Assembly (NCBI GenBank): GCA_963749235.1
Contig: CAVVLV010000001.1
Span: forward strand, 142,568-206,567
Direction: 5' to 3'
Length of the DNA: 64,000 nucleotides
Origin: an uncultured Thermoplasmata archaeon
GTDB lineage: Archaea; Thermoplasmatota; Thermoplasmata; Lutacidiplasmatales; UBA184
The number at the start of each line of letters is the position of its first letter. Position 1 is the stretch's first letter. Below are positions 48,543 to 57,677 of this stretch, piece after piece. Below the pieces are notes generated by a model. The model was not told where the DNA came from. It did not search any database and worked only from the letters and a program-made list of their open reading frames with translations. The translations under genes and the position numbers were made by a program.

Positions 48543-49211
48543 ATGCCCGAAATCCTGCCCGGAGTGCACCTGATCGATGGGATCGACCCGGATCCGAACT
48601 TCACCACCCATGTCTACCTGGTCCGGGACAAGGGTTCGACTTGGACCCTCATTGACACCGGTCTTCCCGGAGCCCACGAGAAGGTGGAGGCGTACCTGGC
48701 GAAGCTGAAGGTCGAACCGACCTCCATCACGAAGATCCTGATCACCCACCTGCACCGCGACCACACCGGCTCGCTCAAGCACTTGGCCCAGAAGACCCGG
48801 GCGCGCACCTTCGCCCACTGGATCGAGGCCGCGTACATCGCGCAGCGCCCTCAATACGACGGACCCGGGACCCCTCCGGCGGAGCCGTTCCAGGTGGACG
48901 AGGTCCTGAAGGACGGGGACGCAGTCGATGCGGCCGGCGGCCTCATCGCCTACCACACGCCGGGTCACACCCCCGGCCATACGGCGTACTACCAGGCCGA
49001 GCGCAAGATCCTTTTCTCGGGCGACCTCTTCTTCGGCGCGGGGAGCCAGATCATGCTCACCCCCCCCGAGTACACCCACCACACCCAGACCGCCGCGGTG
49101 TCGGCGCGACGGATGAGCCAGCTCTCGATCGACTCGCTCATGAGCTACCACGGAGGGCCCGTCCTGCAGCACGGCGGGGCCGCCGTCCGCAAGCTCGTCG
49201 AGAAGCTCTAA
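48543..49211 (+). CDS. MBL-fold metallo-hydrolase
   Basis: MPEILPGVHLIDG...ILITHLHRDHTG...YHTPGHTPGH. The ORF is open from 48504. Confidence 0.85.
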   Translation: MPEILPGVHLIDGIDPDPNFTTHVYLVRDKGSTWTLIDTGLPGAHEKVEAYLAKLKVEPTSITKILITHLHRDHTGSLKHLAQKTRARTFAHWIEAAYIAQRPQYDGPGTPPAEPFQVDEVLKDGDAVDAAGGLIAYHTPGHTPGHTAYYQAERKILFSGDLFFGAGSQIMLTPPEYTHHTQTAAVSARRMSQLSIDSLMSYHGGPVLQHGGAAVRKLVEKL

Positions 49212-49244
49212 TCGGTCCGGGCAGACCGGCCCGCGGGCCGGCAG

Positions 49245-49319
49245 TGGGACTGGCCAGATTTGAACTGGCGTCTCGGAGTCCCGAACCCCGAAGGATGGAC
49301 CAAGCTACCCCACAGTCCC
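49245..49319 (-). tRNA. tRNA-Pro(CGG)
   Basis: The reverse strand reads GGGACTG...CGGGG-TTCGGGA-CTCCG-AGAC-GCCAG-TTCAAAT-CTGGC-CAGTCCC-A. The acceptor stem is 7/7. Confidence 0.9.
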
Positions 49320-49344
49320 AGACGGGGGTCGCCCAATCTGCCTC

Positions 49345-49354
49345 GCTATATGAA
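49345..49354 (-). promoter_or_regulatory. TATA-box-like element upstream of tRNA-Pro
   Basis: The reverse strand reads TTCATATAGC, centred about 30 nt upstream of the tRNA 5' end (49319). Confidence 0.4.
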
Positions 49355-49429
49355 CGTGCGGTCGGCGCGTCGACACCGCTCCGAATCCGAGGCGAAACCC
49401 TTTAGGGCCGGGCGCGGGAGCGGGGAGAC

Positions 49430-49885
49430 GTGGACGAAACGCTCGACCCGATCCTGATCCAGGTCACGGTTCCACTCCCGATCCCGATGATCTACGGGGC
49501 GTTCACCGATCCGGCCCAGCTCACCGGATGGCTCGCCGACTCCGCGGAGGTCGACCTCCGACCCGGCGGGAAGTACGTGCTCGGCTGGAAGGAACCGGTC
49601 GCGTTCGAGAGCCACGGCGTGATCCGGGAGCTGACGCCCGACCTCGACTTGGGATTCTCGTGGCAGGCCCCGCCGGCGTTCGCCGCGCTCATGAACCAGC
49701 CGGAACCGAAGACGCACGTCTACGTTCGGCTGCAGGAATCGCCCGAGGGGATCGACATCACGCTCGAGCACAACGGCTGGGAGAGCGGGGAGGCGTGGGA
49801 GGAAGCCCGCTCGTGGCACTTCCATCTGTGGGACGACCGGCTCCACCTGCTCAAGGACTACATGATCAAGGCCGCCTACGGCTGA
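49430..49885 (+). CDS. SRPBCC/AHSA1-family protein
   Basis: 151 aa from a GTG start with ...IYGAFTDPAQLTGWLADSAEVDLRPGGKYVLGW... Confidence 0.75.
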   Translation: MDETLDPILIQVTVPLPIPMIYGAFTDPAQLTGWLADSAEVDLRPGGKYVLGWKEPVAFESHGVIRELTPDLDLGFSWQAPPAFAALMNQPEPKTHVYVRLQESPEGIDITLEHNGWESGEAWEEARSWHFHLWDDRLHLLKDYMIKAAYG

Positions 49886-49901
49886 GGCGGAGCGCGGGAC
49901 C

Positions 49902-50096
49902 TTAGACGCCGCCCGGGGCAAAGTGACGGCACACTCCGTCCCCGCAGATCGCACACGGGCCGGACGGGTCGAGGCGGAAGCTGTCCGAGGTGCCGATCGG
50001 GAGGACCACCATGTGGTGGGTCGGAAGGTGGCCGCAGCGGCACCGGCTGCGGCTCGGGGAAGGGGCGGGCGAGCCCCCCGCCAAGCGGACCGTCAT
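49902..50096 (-). CDS. small Cys-rich protein (hypothetical)
   Basis: 64 aa with CxC...CxxCxxxxC and GC3-rich codons. AAGGAG lies 5 nt upstream of the ATG. Confidence 0.4.
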   Translation of the reverse strand: MTVRLAGGSPAPSPSRSRCRCGHLPTHHMVVLPIGTSDSFRLDPSGPCAICGDGVCRHFAPGGV

Positions 50097-50161
50097 CGAA
50101 CTCCTTGGGGGCGCCGCCGGGCTTTAGCGTTGCTGAGCCGACGCTCCATGTACCGGCGGTG

Positions 50162-51706
50162 CTACCCGGCAGAGAGGGGTTTCGACATGAGGGGGCCGTC
50201 CATCTCGAACCCACGGGCCCGGTAGGTACTCTCGGGTGCCGACGGCGCTGGTCACGAAGATCCGGTCGAAGCCGGCCGCGCGGGCTTCCCGCTCGGCGCG
50301 TTCGATCAACCCCCGCCCGATCCCCTGGTGCTGGTACTCTCCGGGATTCCCCCCCGCGGCGCCCACCCGCACCTCCCGGCCAACCACCTTCAGCTCGCGG
50401 ATGACCGGGGCGACGAGCCCGCCGTCGGTCCGGTCGGAGGGGAACCGAAGTCGCAAGAAGCCGGCCACGGTATCGGTCTCGGGGGCTTCTAGGGAGAGGA
50501 AGACCTCCCGCCCCCCGGAGGCGTCGTACTCCGTGCGGAGTGGCCGGAAGGCTTCGGGTGGGGGCGTGGCCCAACGGCCGGCCTCCCGGCATCTCAAGCA
50601 CCGGCAAGTCCGTCCTTCCCGGGCGAGCCGGGCGACCGCGAGCTCGCGAAGGTTGCTCGTCCGGACTCCGTCGGCGATCAGGCGGGAGGGAATGTCCCGC
50701 TGGATCCGTTGGATGCGGACCCACGGCGGGAGGACCGCCTTCATCCGCGCGAGCAGGGCGGCGGCCGTCGGCGTATCGTACGGACGGTAGCGCCCGGCCT
50801 TCCAATCGTCATAGAGGGGAGTCCCCGGAATCACCAGGGTAGGATAGATCTTGAGAAAATCCGGGCGGTAGGACGGATCCGCGAACAGGCGAACGAAGTC
50901 CGCGTAGTCCCGGTCCGGGTCCATGCCGGGGAGACCCAGCATGAGGTGGTAACCGACCTTTAGGCCCCGGTCGCGGGTCTCCCGGCTGGCGGTGGCGACA
51001 TCGCCCACGCCATGGGCTCGCCCGACCGCCTCCAGGACGTCGTCCCGGAGGCACTCGACCCCGACCTCCACCCGGGTCACCCCCGCATCCTGGAGGAACG
51101 GCAGGACCCGCCCGTCGCACCAGTCCGGTCGAGTCTCCACGGTCAGGCCCACCATCCGGTGTTCGGCGGTCTCGTTCGCCCGGATCGCGGTGGGAAGGGA
51201 GGCGGCAGCGGCCCCGTTGAGCCCCTCGTAGATCCCGCGCAGCACCGCTTCCTGGAACGGGCGGGGGCGGGACGGGAAGGTGCCGCCCATGACGATCACT
51301 TCGACCTTGCTGGTCGGATGCCCGATCGCATCCAAGGTCTCAATGCGATTCCGCGTGATCGCGGCCGAGTCCCAGTGGAACTGCGCCCCGCGGAGCGCGC
51401 TCGGCTCCTCGCCGGTGTAGCTCTGGGGGCTCGCGTTTTCCACCCCGCCGGGGCAGGTACGTGCATCGCCCGTGAGGGCACTTGGCCGGGGCGGTCATCA
51501 CCGCCACGATCGCGACTGCCGGAGAGCGTGCGGGAAGGCTTGCGCCGGACCGAAGAGGCGTACCGGGCCCGAGACTCCGGTGGCAACGAATTGACCCAAT
51601 CGACGTTGGAGGGAAGGGGGCCCACCCCCTTGGTGCGGAGCGCCTCCAGCTTCGTCCGATGGATTTCCTCCGGGGAGGGAGGGGGATCCCCTAGTGGGGC
51701 AGCCAC
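50162..51706 (-). pseudogene. elp3: Elp3 (radical-SAM/GNAT tRNA U34 modification enzyme) with three +1 frame breaks
   Basis: Segment 1: ...EEIHRTKLEALRTKGVGPLPSN...RRKPSRTLSG. Break near 51517. Segment 2: VAIVAVMTAPAKCPHGRCTY. Break near 51457. Segment 3: CPGGVENASPQSYTGEEP...MGGTF...QHQGIGRGL...AVGTREY. Break near 50226. Segment 4: YRARGFEMDGPLMSKPLSAG* with the stop at 50162. Track ORF 50124..51443 is the middle piece only. Confidence 0.85.
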
Positions 51707-52836
51707 TGTCGGCTCTCCCCCGTGATCACGTGGGGGGACTGCTGGAGCTCCGCCACGGTCCGCGAGCCGGTGAGGAACATCGCGACTTTGAGCTCGTGGA
51801 CGAGATGGTCGAGTTCGCGTCGGGTCGCCTCGTACCCTTCCGATGCGGCCCGGAGTACGCCCGCCGCGGTCCCCGCGGCCGAGGCGCCGAGCGAGAGGGC
51901 CCTGGCCACATCGAGGCCGGAGCGGACGCCGCCGCTCGCGATCACGGGCAGTCCGAGCGGGACGAGCTGCACGACGGAGACGGGGGAGGGGATGCCCCAA
52001 TCCCAGAACGTCTTGCCGACCCTCGCCTCGCGCTCGGCTCCGTGCTCCAGGGCACGGTAATGCTCGACCGCAGCGAACGAGGTGCCACCTGTGCCACTGA
52101 CGTCGAACGCGCGAACCTTCCGGTCACGCAAGTCCTCGGCGACGACCCGCGAGATCCCCGCCCCCGTCTCCTTGACGAGGACCGGGAACTGCGCGGCGAG
52201 AACTCCGATCTGGTCGAGCACCCCGCGGGCCTTCCGGTCGCCTTCGGGTTGGACCATCTCCTGGAGGAAGTTCAGGTGGATCGCGAGCACGTCCGCGTGG
52301 ATCAGCTCCATCGCCGCCCGCACCTCCGTGGGGCCAACGACCTGGTCGTGGGGCTTCTGCGGGATGATCTGCGGCGCCCCGATGTTGGCGAACTTGAGCG
52401 GGACGGCGTACTGCGCGACGCACGAGTAGCTCTCCGGGTACTGCCCTTTCAGGACGGCAGCGCGCTCGCTGCCGACCCCCATGGCCACGCCGACCTCCGC
52501 CGCGGCCCGCGCCAGGTTCTCGTTGATCTTCTTCGCGTCCGGAAAGCCACCGGTCATCCCCGTGATCACTATGGGAGCCGCGAGCCGGTGCCCGAGCAAC
52601 GTGGTGGAGGGGTCGATCTCTTCGAAGTCGATGTTCGGGAGGGCCCGGTGGATCAGTTGGATGTCGTCCCAGGACCGGTACCGGCCCTCGACCTTCTGGC
52701 CCAGGACGACCTTGACGTGCTCCGCCTTACGGTGGCTTAAGTCAAGTCCGGCTCGATCCGGGACCGTCGCGGGGTCGTCCGTGGGCCCAGCTCCCGTAGA
52801 CGAATTCCCCCCGCACGGCACGCGAGAGCTCTCCAT
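51691..52836 (-). CDS. fni: type 2 isopentenyl-diphosphate delta-isomerase
   Basis: SHRKAEHVKV...VITGMTGG...LVKETGAGIS...IASGGVRSGLD. The start is uncertain (52836 or 52821); both overlap the IPK 3' end. Confidence 0.9.
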   Translation of the reverse strand: MESSRVPCGGNSSTGAGPTDDPATVPDRAGLDLSHRKAEHVKVVLGQKVEGRYRSWDDIQLIHRALPNIDFEEIDPSTTLLGHRLAAPIVITGMTGGFPDAKKINENLARAAAEVGVAMGVGSERAAVLKGQYPESYSCVAQYAVPLKFANIGAPQIIPQKPHDQVVGPTEVRAAMELIHADVLAIHLNFLQEMVQPEGDRKARGVLDQIGVLAAQFPVLVKETGAGISRVVAEDLRDRKVRAFDVSGTGGTSFAAVEHYRALEHGAEREARVGKTFWDWGIPSPVSVVQLVPLGLPVIASGGVRSGLDVARALSLGASAAGTAAGVLRAASEGYEATRRELDHLVHELKVAMFLTGSRTVAELQQSPHVITGESRQWLPH

Positions 52837-53581
52837 CCTTGAGTCCGCTAATAAGACCTGCGTCCGCGCCGAGCCGCGCGATGGCGAGCATCGCCTCAGC
52901 CTTCCCCCGGATCCCCCCGGTGACGTCCGCGGCCCCGCCCCGGGGCCGGAGTCCTTCGACCACGGCTTCCGTGACCTCCGGGACCGCGACCGGGCGCCCC
53001 TTCGTCCGAGGTTCCAGGATCCCCGGGACGTCGCTCACGAAGAGGACCCGCTCGGTCCGAAGGGCCGCGGCGAGCGAGACCGCGATCGTGTCGGCGCTGA
53101 GGATCGACCAGCCCCACTCCCGGTCCGGGACCACGTCCCCGAACGATACCGGCGTGAGCCCCGCAGCGAGAACGGTCACGAAGGGGGTGGGGTCGAACGA
53201 CTCGAGCCGACCGGCGCGGTTCATCGCGTGCGTCGCCGGTGGCACGGAGCCCGGCAACACCCCCGCTCGGACGAGCTCGCGGAGGACGGCGAGATGAAGG
53301 CGTCGGACCTCGGCCGCCACGATCGACGCTCCGCGGGCGCGTTGGGCCGGTGAGATGGCGGCCTCCGGCGGGCGGGCGAGTCCGAACCGGTGCGCCCCCG
53401 GATGGCCGAACGAGCCCGCCCCGTGGAGCACGACCATCGGGACCTCCCGACAGGCGCCCAGCTCGTCCGCGAGCCGCCGCAGGATCTTAGGGCGGAGGTG
53501 TTCCACCTCGCGCTTCCGCGTGATCACGCTCCCGCCGAGCTTGACGATCACCGGCGGGGCCATCCCCGCAGAGGCCGGCAT
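52742..53581 (-). CDS. ipk: isopentenyl phosphate kinase
   Basis: 279 aa with VIVKLGGSVITRK and VVLHGAGSFGHP, the amino-acid-kinase fold typical of IPK. Adjacent to the IDI2 gene. Confidence 0.9.
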   Translation of the reverse strand: MPASAGMAPPVIVKLGGSVITRKREVEHLRPKILRRLADELGACREVPMVVLHGAGSFGHPGAHRFGLARPPEAAISPAQRARGASIVAAEVRRLHLAVLRELVRAGVLPGSVPPATHAMNRAGRLESFDPTPFVTVLAAGLTPVSFGDVVPDREWGWSILSADTIAVSLAAALRTERVLFVSDVPGILEPRTKGRPVAVPEVTEAVVEGLRPRGGAADVTGGIRGKAEAMLAIARLGADAGLISGLKDGELSRAVRGEFVYGSWAHGRPRDGPGSSRT

Positions 53582-53596
53582 CGGACGCGACCTTCG

Positions 53597-53821
53597 TCAG
53601 GCGTGGTCCAGGCCGGCCCGGGGGTGGAACAGCATGAGCCCCCCGATCACGACCAGCGCGATGCCGAAGGAGTACCACAGGTCGAACATGTAGAGCCAGT
53701 AGGCGACGAAGAAGAGCCCGACCCCGATCAAGAGGGCCGCGAGCACGACCCAGCCCACGGAGATCGGGCTCCGTACGTGCGCCGGGGCGGCCCCGTGGTG
53801 CCCGTCCCCGTATCCCGACAT
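53597..53821 (-). CDS. small two-TM membrane protein (hypothetical)
   Basis: 74 aa with two hydrophobic spans (VGWVVLAALLIGVGLFFVAYWLY and FGIALVVIGGLMLF) and GC3-rich codons. Confidence 0.55.
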   Translation of the reverse strand: MSGYGDGHHGAAPAHVRSPISVGWVVLAALLIGVGLFFVAYWLYMFDLWYSFGIALVVIGGLMLFHPRAGLDHA

Positions 53822-53849
53822 CGCTAGCGGCGAGGAGCCCCTCCTTCAA

Positions 53850-54068
53850 ATGGATTCGGTCGGAATCCCGAAGCCTCATCCGTCCCCCCACCCTCCCGTA
53901 GTGGTGGCCGCGCCGTCCGGACCGAGCCTGCCTCCGCCGGGCCGTTGCCCCCAGTGCGACGCGGTGCTCGAAGGACCGATCTCCGGCGAGGTCCAGTGCT
54001 ACCTCTTCTGTCCCCAATGTCAGGAACGGTTCGACCCCTGGGACGCGACGCCGCTCGAGTGTGGGTAA
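53850..54068 (+). CDS. small zinc-ribbon protein (hypothetical)
   Basis: 72 aa with CPQC-x17-CPQC. Confidence 0.4.
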   Translation: MDSVGIPKPHPSPHPPVVVAAPSGPSLPPPGRCPQCDAVLEGPISGEVQCYLFCPQCQERFDPWDATPLECG

Positions 54069-54164
54069 CGGGAACCGACCCTGCCGCGTCGCCGCGCGGC
54101 ACGGTACCCGGAGAAATTTTCCCGGTCGATGTCATCCGCCGAAAAAATCCTACCAAAGGTACTT

Positions 54165-55649
54165 ATGGCCCCCTCACGTGCGACAGCCCGCCCGAGGCCC
54201 GGGCAGGCATCGACGGTGTCACCTGCTCCTGAGAACCGGTCGATCGACACGCCCGACCGACAAGACCCAGTGCCCTTCGCCACCGAGGCGGTCGTCCCCG
54301 TCAACGACCGCCCAGCGGGTGGAGGTCCGGCGACGGCTCCCGTGTTGGGGAGCCCCGCCCCTCCGCCCGCCCCCGCCGCGACCGCCGGTGTGTTCTTGGA
54401 CTCGATCCTCGAAACGAAGAGCGAGCTCTATCGGGGCAGTCGGGAGATCCTCCGGGATTCCTACATCCCGAGCCGCCTCCCGCACCGGGAGCAGCAGATC
54501 CGCCAGGTCGCCGAGGTCCTCGCCCCCGCCCTCCGCGGGGACACGCCCTCGAACCTCCTGATCTACGGGAAGATCGGCACGGGGAAGACCGCGGTCGTCG
54601 CCCAGGTGCGCCAGGACGTGATGCGACGCACCGAGCTCGCGAGCCATATCTCGTTCATCTACATCAACTGCGGCAACATCGACACGCCGTACGGCCTCCT
54701 CCAGAACGTCGGCAATACGTTCGCCAAAACGGAGGCGGAGCGGATCCCGACCGGCTGGTCGCTCGACCGCGTGCAGGCCGCGATGCGGCGGCTGCTCGAC
54801 ACGAAGGGCGGGACGGTCATCCTGGTGCTCGACGAGATCGACCGGCTCGTCGCGCGCTCCGGCGACAGCGTCCTCTATACGCTGAGCCAGCTCAATACCG
54901 AGCTCGAGCTCGCGCGCCTCATCCTGCTCGGGATCTCGAACGATCTCAAGTTCACGAACCATCTCGATGCCCGCGTCCGCAGCCGCCTGAACGAGGAGAA
55001 GATCCTCTTCCCGCCGTACGACGCCCTCCAACTCCAGGACATCCTGCGCGACCGCGCGAAGGAGGCGTTCCGGGACGGGGTCATCGACCCGGGCGTGGTC
55101 GAGCGGTGCGCGGCGTACGCCGCGCTGGAGAACGGGGACGCCCGGCGGGCGCTCGCGCTCTTGCGCCTCTCCGCCGAGATGGCGGAGCGCGACCGCGCGA
55201 AGCGGATCACCCCGGACCATGTCGTGAAGGCGAAGAACCGGCTCGAGCAGGACATCATCCTGGATTGTTGCCGGACGCTCCCGCCCCACTGCAAGGTCCT
55301 CCTGTACGCGATCCTGCAAGCCTGCGAACGCCGGCGGAACGGGGTCCTGACCGGCGAGGTCTACGACGCCTATCGTCGGCTCGCAGAGCGCCTCGGTCTC
55401 CAGCCGCTCCACGCCCGCTCCATCTCCAACTACGTCTCCGAGCTCGAGTCGCTGGGCCTGATCCGGGCGACGATCGTCTCCCGCGGTCGAGGGGGACGCA
55501 CCCGGGAGATCCTGGTCGACGTGCCGATCTCCGACACCATGCCGGCGCTCGAGGAGGACCCCCTCATCGCTCCCGTGGGCCGTCCGCGCTCGCGGGGCCA
55601 GCTCTTGCTGACGAACTTCGACAACCCGGGTCGGACTGGTTCCTTCTGA
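54165..55649 (+). CDS. cdc6: Orc1/Cdc6 replication initiator with Pro-rich N-terminal extension
   Basis: LLIYGKIGTGKTAV (Walker A), VLVLDEID (Walker B), C-terminal winged helix (ISNYVSELESLGLI). ATG 54165 or 54129. Confidence 0.9.
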   Translation: MAPSRATARPRPGQASTVSPAPENRSIDTPDRQDPVPFATEAVVPVNDRPAGGGPATAPVLGSPAPPPAPAATAGVFLDSILETKSELYRGSREILRDSYIPSRLPHREQQIRQVAEVLAPALRGDTPSNLLIYGKIGTGKTAVVAQVRQDVMRRTELASHISFIYINCGNIDTPYGLLQNVGNTFAKTEAERIPTGWSLDRVQAAMRRLLDTKGGTVILVLDEIDRLVARSGDSVLYTLSQLNTELELARLILLGISNDLKFTNHLDARVRSRLNEEKILFPPYDALQLQDILRDRAKEAFRDGVIDPGVVERCAAYAALENGDARRALALLRLSAEMAERDRAKRITPDHVVKAKNRLEQDIILDCCRTLPPHCKVLLYAILQACERRRNGVLTGEVYDAYRRLAERLGLQPLHARSISNYVSELESLGLIRATIVSRGRGGRTREILVDVPISDTMPALEEDPLIAPVGRPRSRGQLLLTNFDNPGRTGSF

Positions 55650-55843
55650 CCACCCCTCCTTCTCGGGCAGGCGCCTCGCGGTCGACGGGACGCGGTATCT
55701 GGGGCGAATCCGGGGACGCCACGGTCCCGTTGTACGATCCCGATCGGGTCCCGGGGCGTGAGCTGTGACGTCGAGTTGCACCCGGGACCGTCGGTACCTC
55801 GGGGAACATACAGGGCGGTCTGTACCGTGGGCGGTGGGCCGAA

Positions 55844-56050
55844 TCAGGCCGAAATGGGAACAGGTTCTTCGGCCTGGATCGAGGCGACGGCGGTGCCACG
55901 ACGCCGTGCCCGTTCTCGCTTGAGCTCGCGGAGGTCTCGCTCCAGTTCTCGAAGCTCGGCCGCGACGCGACGGACGCGGACCCGGGCGATGCCTTCGATG
56001 GCGGCGATCTCGCGGTCGAGCTGTTCGTCGGACCCGCGAAAGCCGGTCAT
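55844..56050 (-). CDS. small coiled-coil protein (hypothetical), translationally coupled to ALDH
   Basis: 68 aa: MTGFRGSDEQLDREIAAIEGIARVRVRRVAAELRELERDLRELKRERARRRG... The ATG overlaps the ALDH stop (ATGA). Confidence 0.45.
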   Translation of the reverse strand: MTGFRGSDEQLDREIAAIEGIARVRVRRVAAELRELERDLRELKRERARRRGTAVASIQAEEPVPISA

Positions 56051-57543
56051 GCCGCCGTTTCGGAGTCGATCTGGGCTTTCTGGAGCTTGTCCGAGAAGTC
56101 GACGAAGACCGTCTTGACCTCGGTGAACTCGTCGATGGCGGCGGAGCCGGCCTCGCGGCCCCCATTCCCCGTGTTCTTGACGCCCCCGAACGGCAGCTGG
56201 ACCTCCGCCCCGATCGTCGGGGCGTTCACGTACGTGATCCCGGCCTCCAAGTCCTCGATGGCCCGGAACGCCCGGTTCACGTCGCGGGTGTAGATGGAGG
56301 AGGAGAGCCCGTACTCCACGTCGTTCGCGACGCGGACCGCCTCGGCGTAGTCCGCCACCTTGATGACGGAGAGGACCGGACCGAAGATCTCCTCCTTCGA
56401 GATTCGGGTGCCGTGGCGGGTCTCGAAGATCGTCGGGGCGAGGAAGAATCCGCGGTCGTAGATCCCGCCCTTCAACTTCTCCCCGCCGCAGACGAGCTTG
56501 GCCTCTTTCTTGCCGATGGCGATGTATTCCAAGATCTTCCGCTCCTGGTCGGCGGACGCGACCGGTCCCATTCCCGTCTTCGGGTCGAGCGGGTCCCCGA
56601 CGGTGAACTTCTTCAATCGGTCCGTGAGCATCTCGAGGAACGGCGCGTAGACCTTCTCGTGGAGGATGAGCCGGCTCGTGGCGGTGCAGCGCTGCCCGCT
56701 CGTGCCGAACGCGCCGAACAGTACCCCGTCGAGCGCGAGGGGAAGGTTCGCGTCGTCCATCACGATCACGGGGTTCTTGCCGCCGAGCTCGAGATGGACC
56801 ATCTTCAGCCCCTTGGCCCCTCGTACGTAGACGTCCCGGCCGGTCTCCACCCCGCCGGTGAAGGAGATCGTTCGGATCCGGGGGTCCTCGATGAGGGCCG
56901 TGCCGACCACGCTGCCGGAGCCCGTGACGAAGTTGAGGACGCCGGGAGGGATCCCCGCGGACTCGTAGACCTTGACGACCTGGGCGGCGCAGAGGGCCGT
57001 GTTGGAGGCGGGCTTGAAGACGATCGTGTTGCCCGTGATCAGCGCCGCGGCGATCTTCCAGTTCGGGATCGCGGTCGGGAAGTTCCAGGGGGTGATGCAG
57101 GCGACCACGCCCTTCGGCTGCCGAACCGTGAGGCAGAACTTCGAGCGGAGCTCCGAGGGAACCGTCTCGCCGACTAACCGGCGTCCCTCCCCCGCCATGT
57201 ACTCGATGAAGTCGATCGACTCCTGGACATCGCCCAGCCCCTCGCTGATGACCTTCCCCATCTCCTGGGTGACGATGCGTCCGACCGCAGTCTTTCGTTC
57301 GGTGAGGATGCGCGCGGCGTCGAGCAGTAAGGCGCCCCGCTTCGGTGCCGGCGTATCGCGCCACGCGGGGAAGGCGGCCTGAGCGGCCGAGATGGCCCGG
57401 TCGACATCGGCCGGAGTCCCCGACACGAAGGAAGCGAGCGGTTCCCGCGTCGCCGGATTCACCGTCTCGAAGCGCTTCGCGTTGGCCGGCGAGCTCCACT
57501 TTCCGTTGATGAACAAACCGTACTGCTCGACCTTCGAAGGCAT
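56047..57543 (-). CDS. NAD(P)-dependent aldehyde dehydrogenase
   Basis: 498 aa from ATG 57543 with ITPWNFP, FKPAS, ELGGKNP and GQRCTA. Confidence 0.9.
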   Translation of the reverse strand: MPSKVEQYGLFINGKWSSPANAKRFETVNPATREPLASFVSGTPADVDRAISAAQAAFPAWRDTPAPKRGALLLDAARILTERKTAVGRIVTQEMGKVISEGLGDVQESIDFIEYMAGEGRRLVGETVPSELRSKFCLTVRQPKGVVACITPWNFPTAIPNWKIAAALITGNTIVFKPASNTALCAAQVVKVYESAGIPPGVLNFVTGSGSVVGTALIEDPRIRTISFTGGVETGRDVYVRGAKGLKMVHLELGGKNPVIVMDDANLPLALDGVLFGAFGTSGQRCTATSRLILHEKVYAPFLEMLTDRLKKFTVGDPLDPKTGMGPVASADQERKILEYIAIGKKEAKLVCGGEKLKGGIYDRGFFLAPTIFETRHGTRISKEEIFGPVLSVIKVADYAEAVRVANDVEYGLSSSIYTRDVNRAFRAIEDLEAGITYVNAPTIGAEVQLPFGGVKNTGNGGREAGSAAIDEFTEVKTVFVDFSDKLQKAQIDSETAA

Positions 57544-57677
57544 GAGTCTCCCCACTCCGGGGAGCGAATCCCCCGCGAGGGTACATAGGAGTTTGCCGGT
57601 GGGGTCCGCGGGGGCCGCCGGGGGGTCCCGGGTCCGCGGGGGCAAACTCTTTGGTCGGAGGGCCCTCCGGCCCCCTC

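Noticed and set aside
52742-52836. 80-95 nt overlap between the IPK 3' end and the IDI2 5' end, suggesting another frameshift
   Set aside because: Both proteins are complete in their conserved cores. IDI2 simply lacks a nearer start codon, and alternative frames did not give a better IPK C-terminus.
53822-54165. Replication origin upstream of orc1/cdc6
   Set aside because: There is no extended A/T-rich stretch and no ORB-like repeats. The region is largely occupied by a small zinc-ribbon ORF and promoter-like A/T patches.
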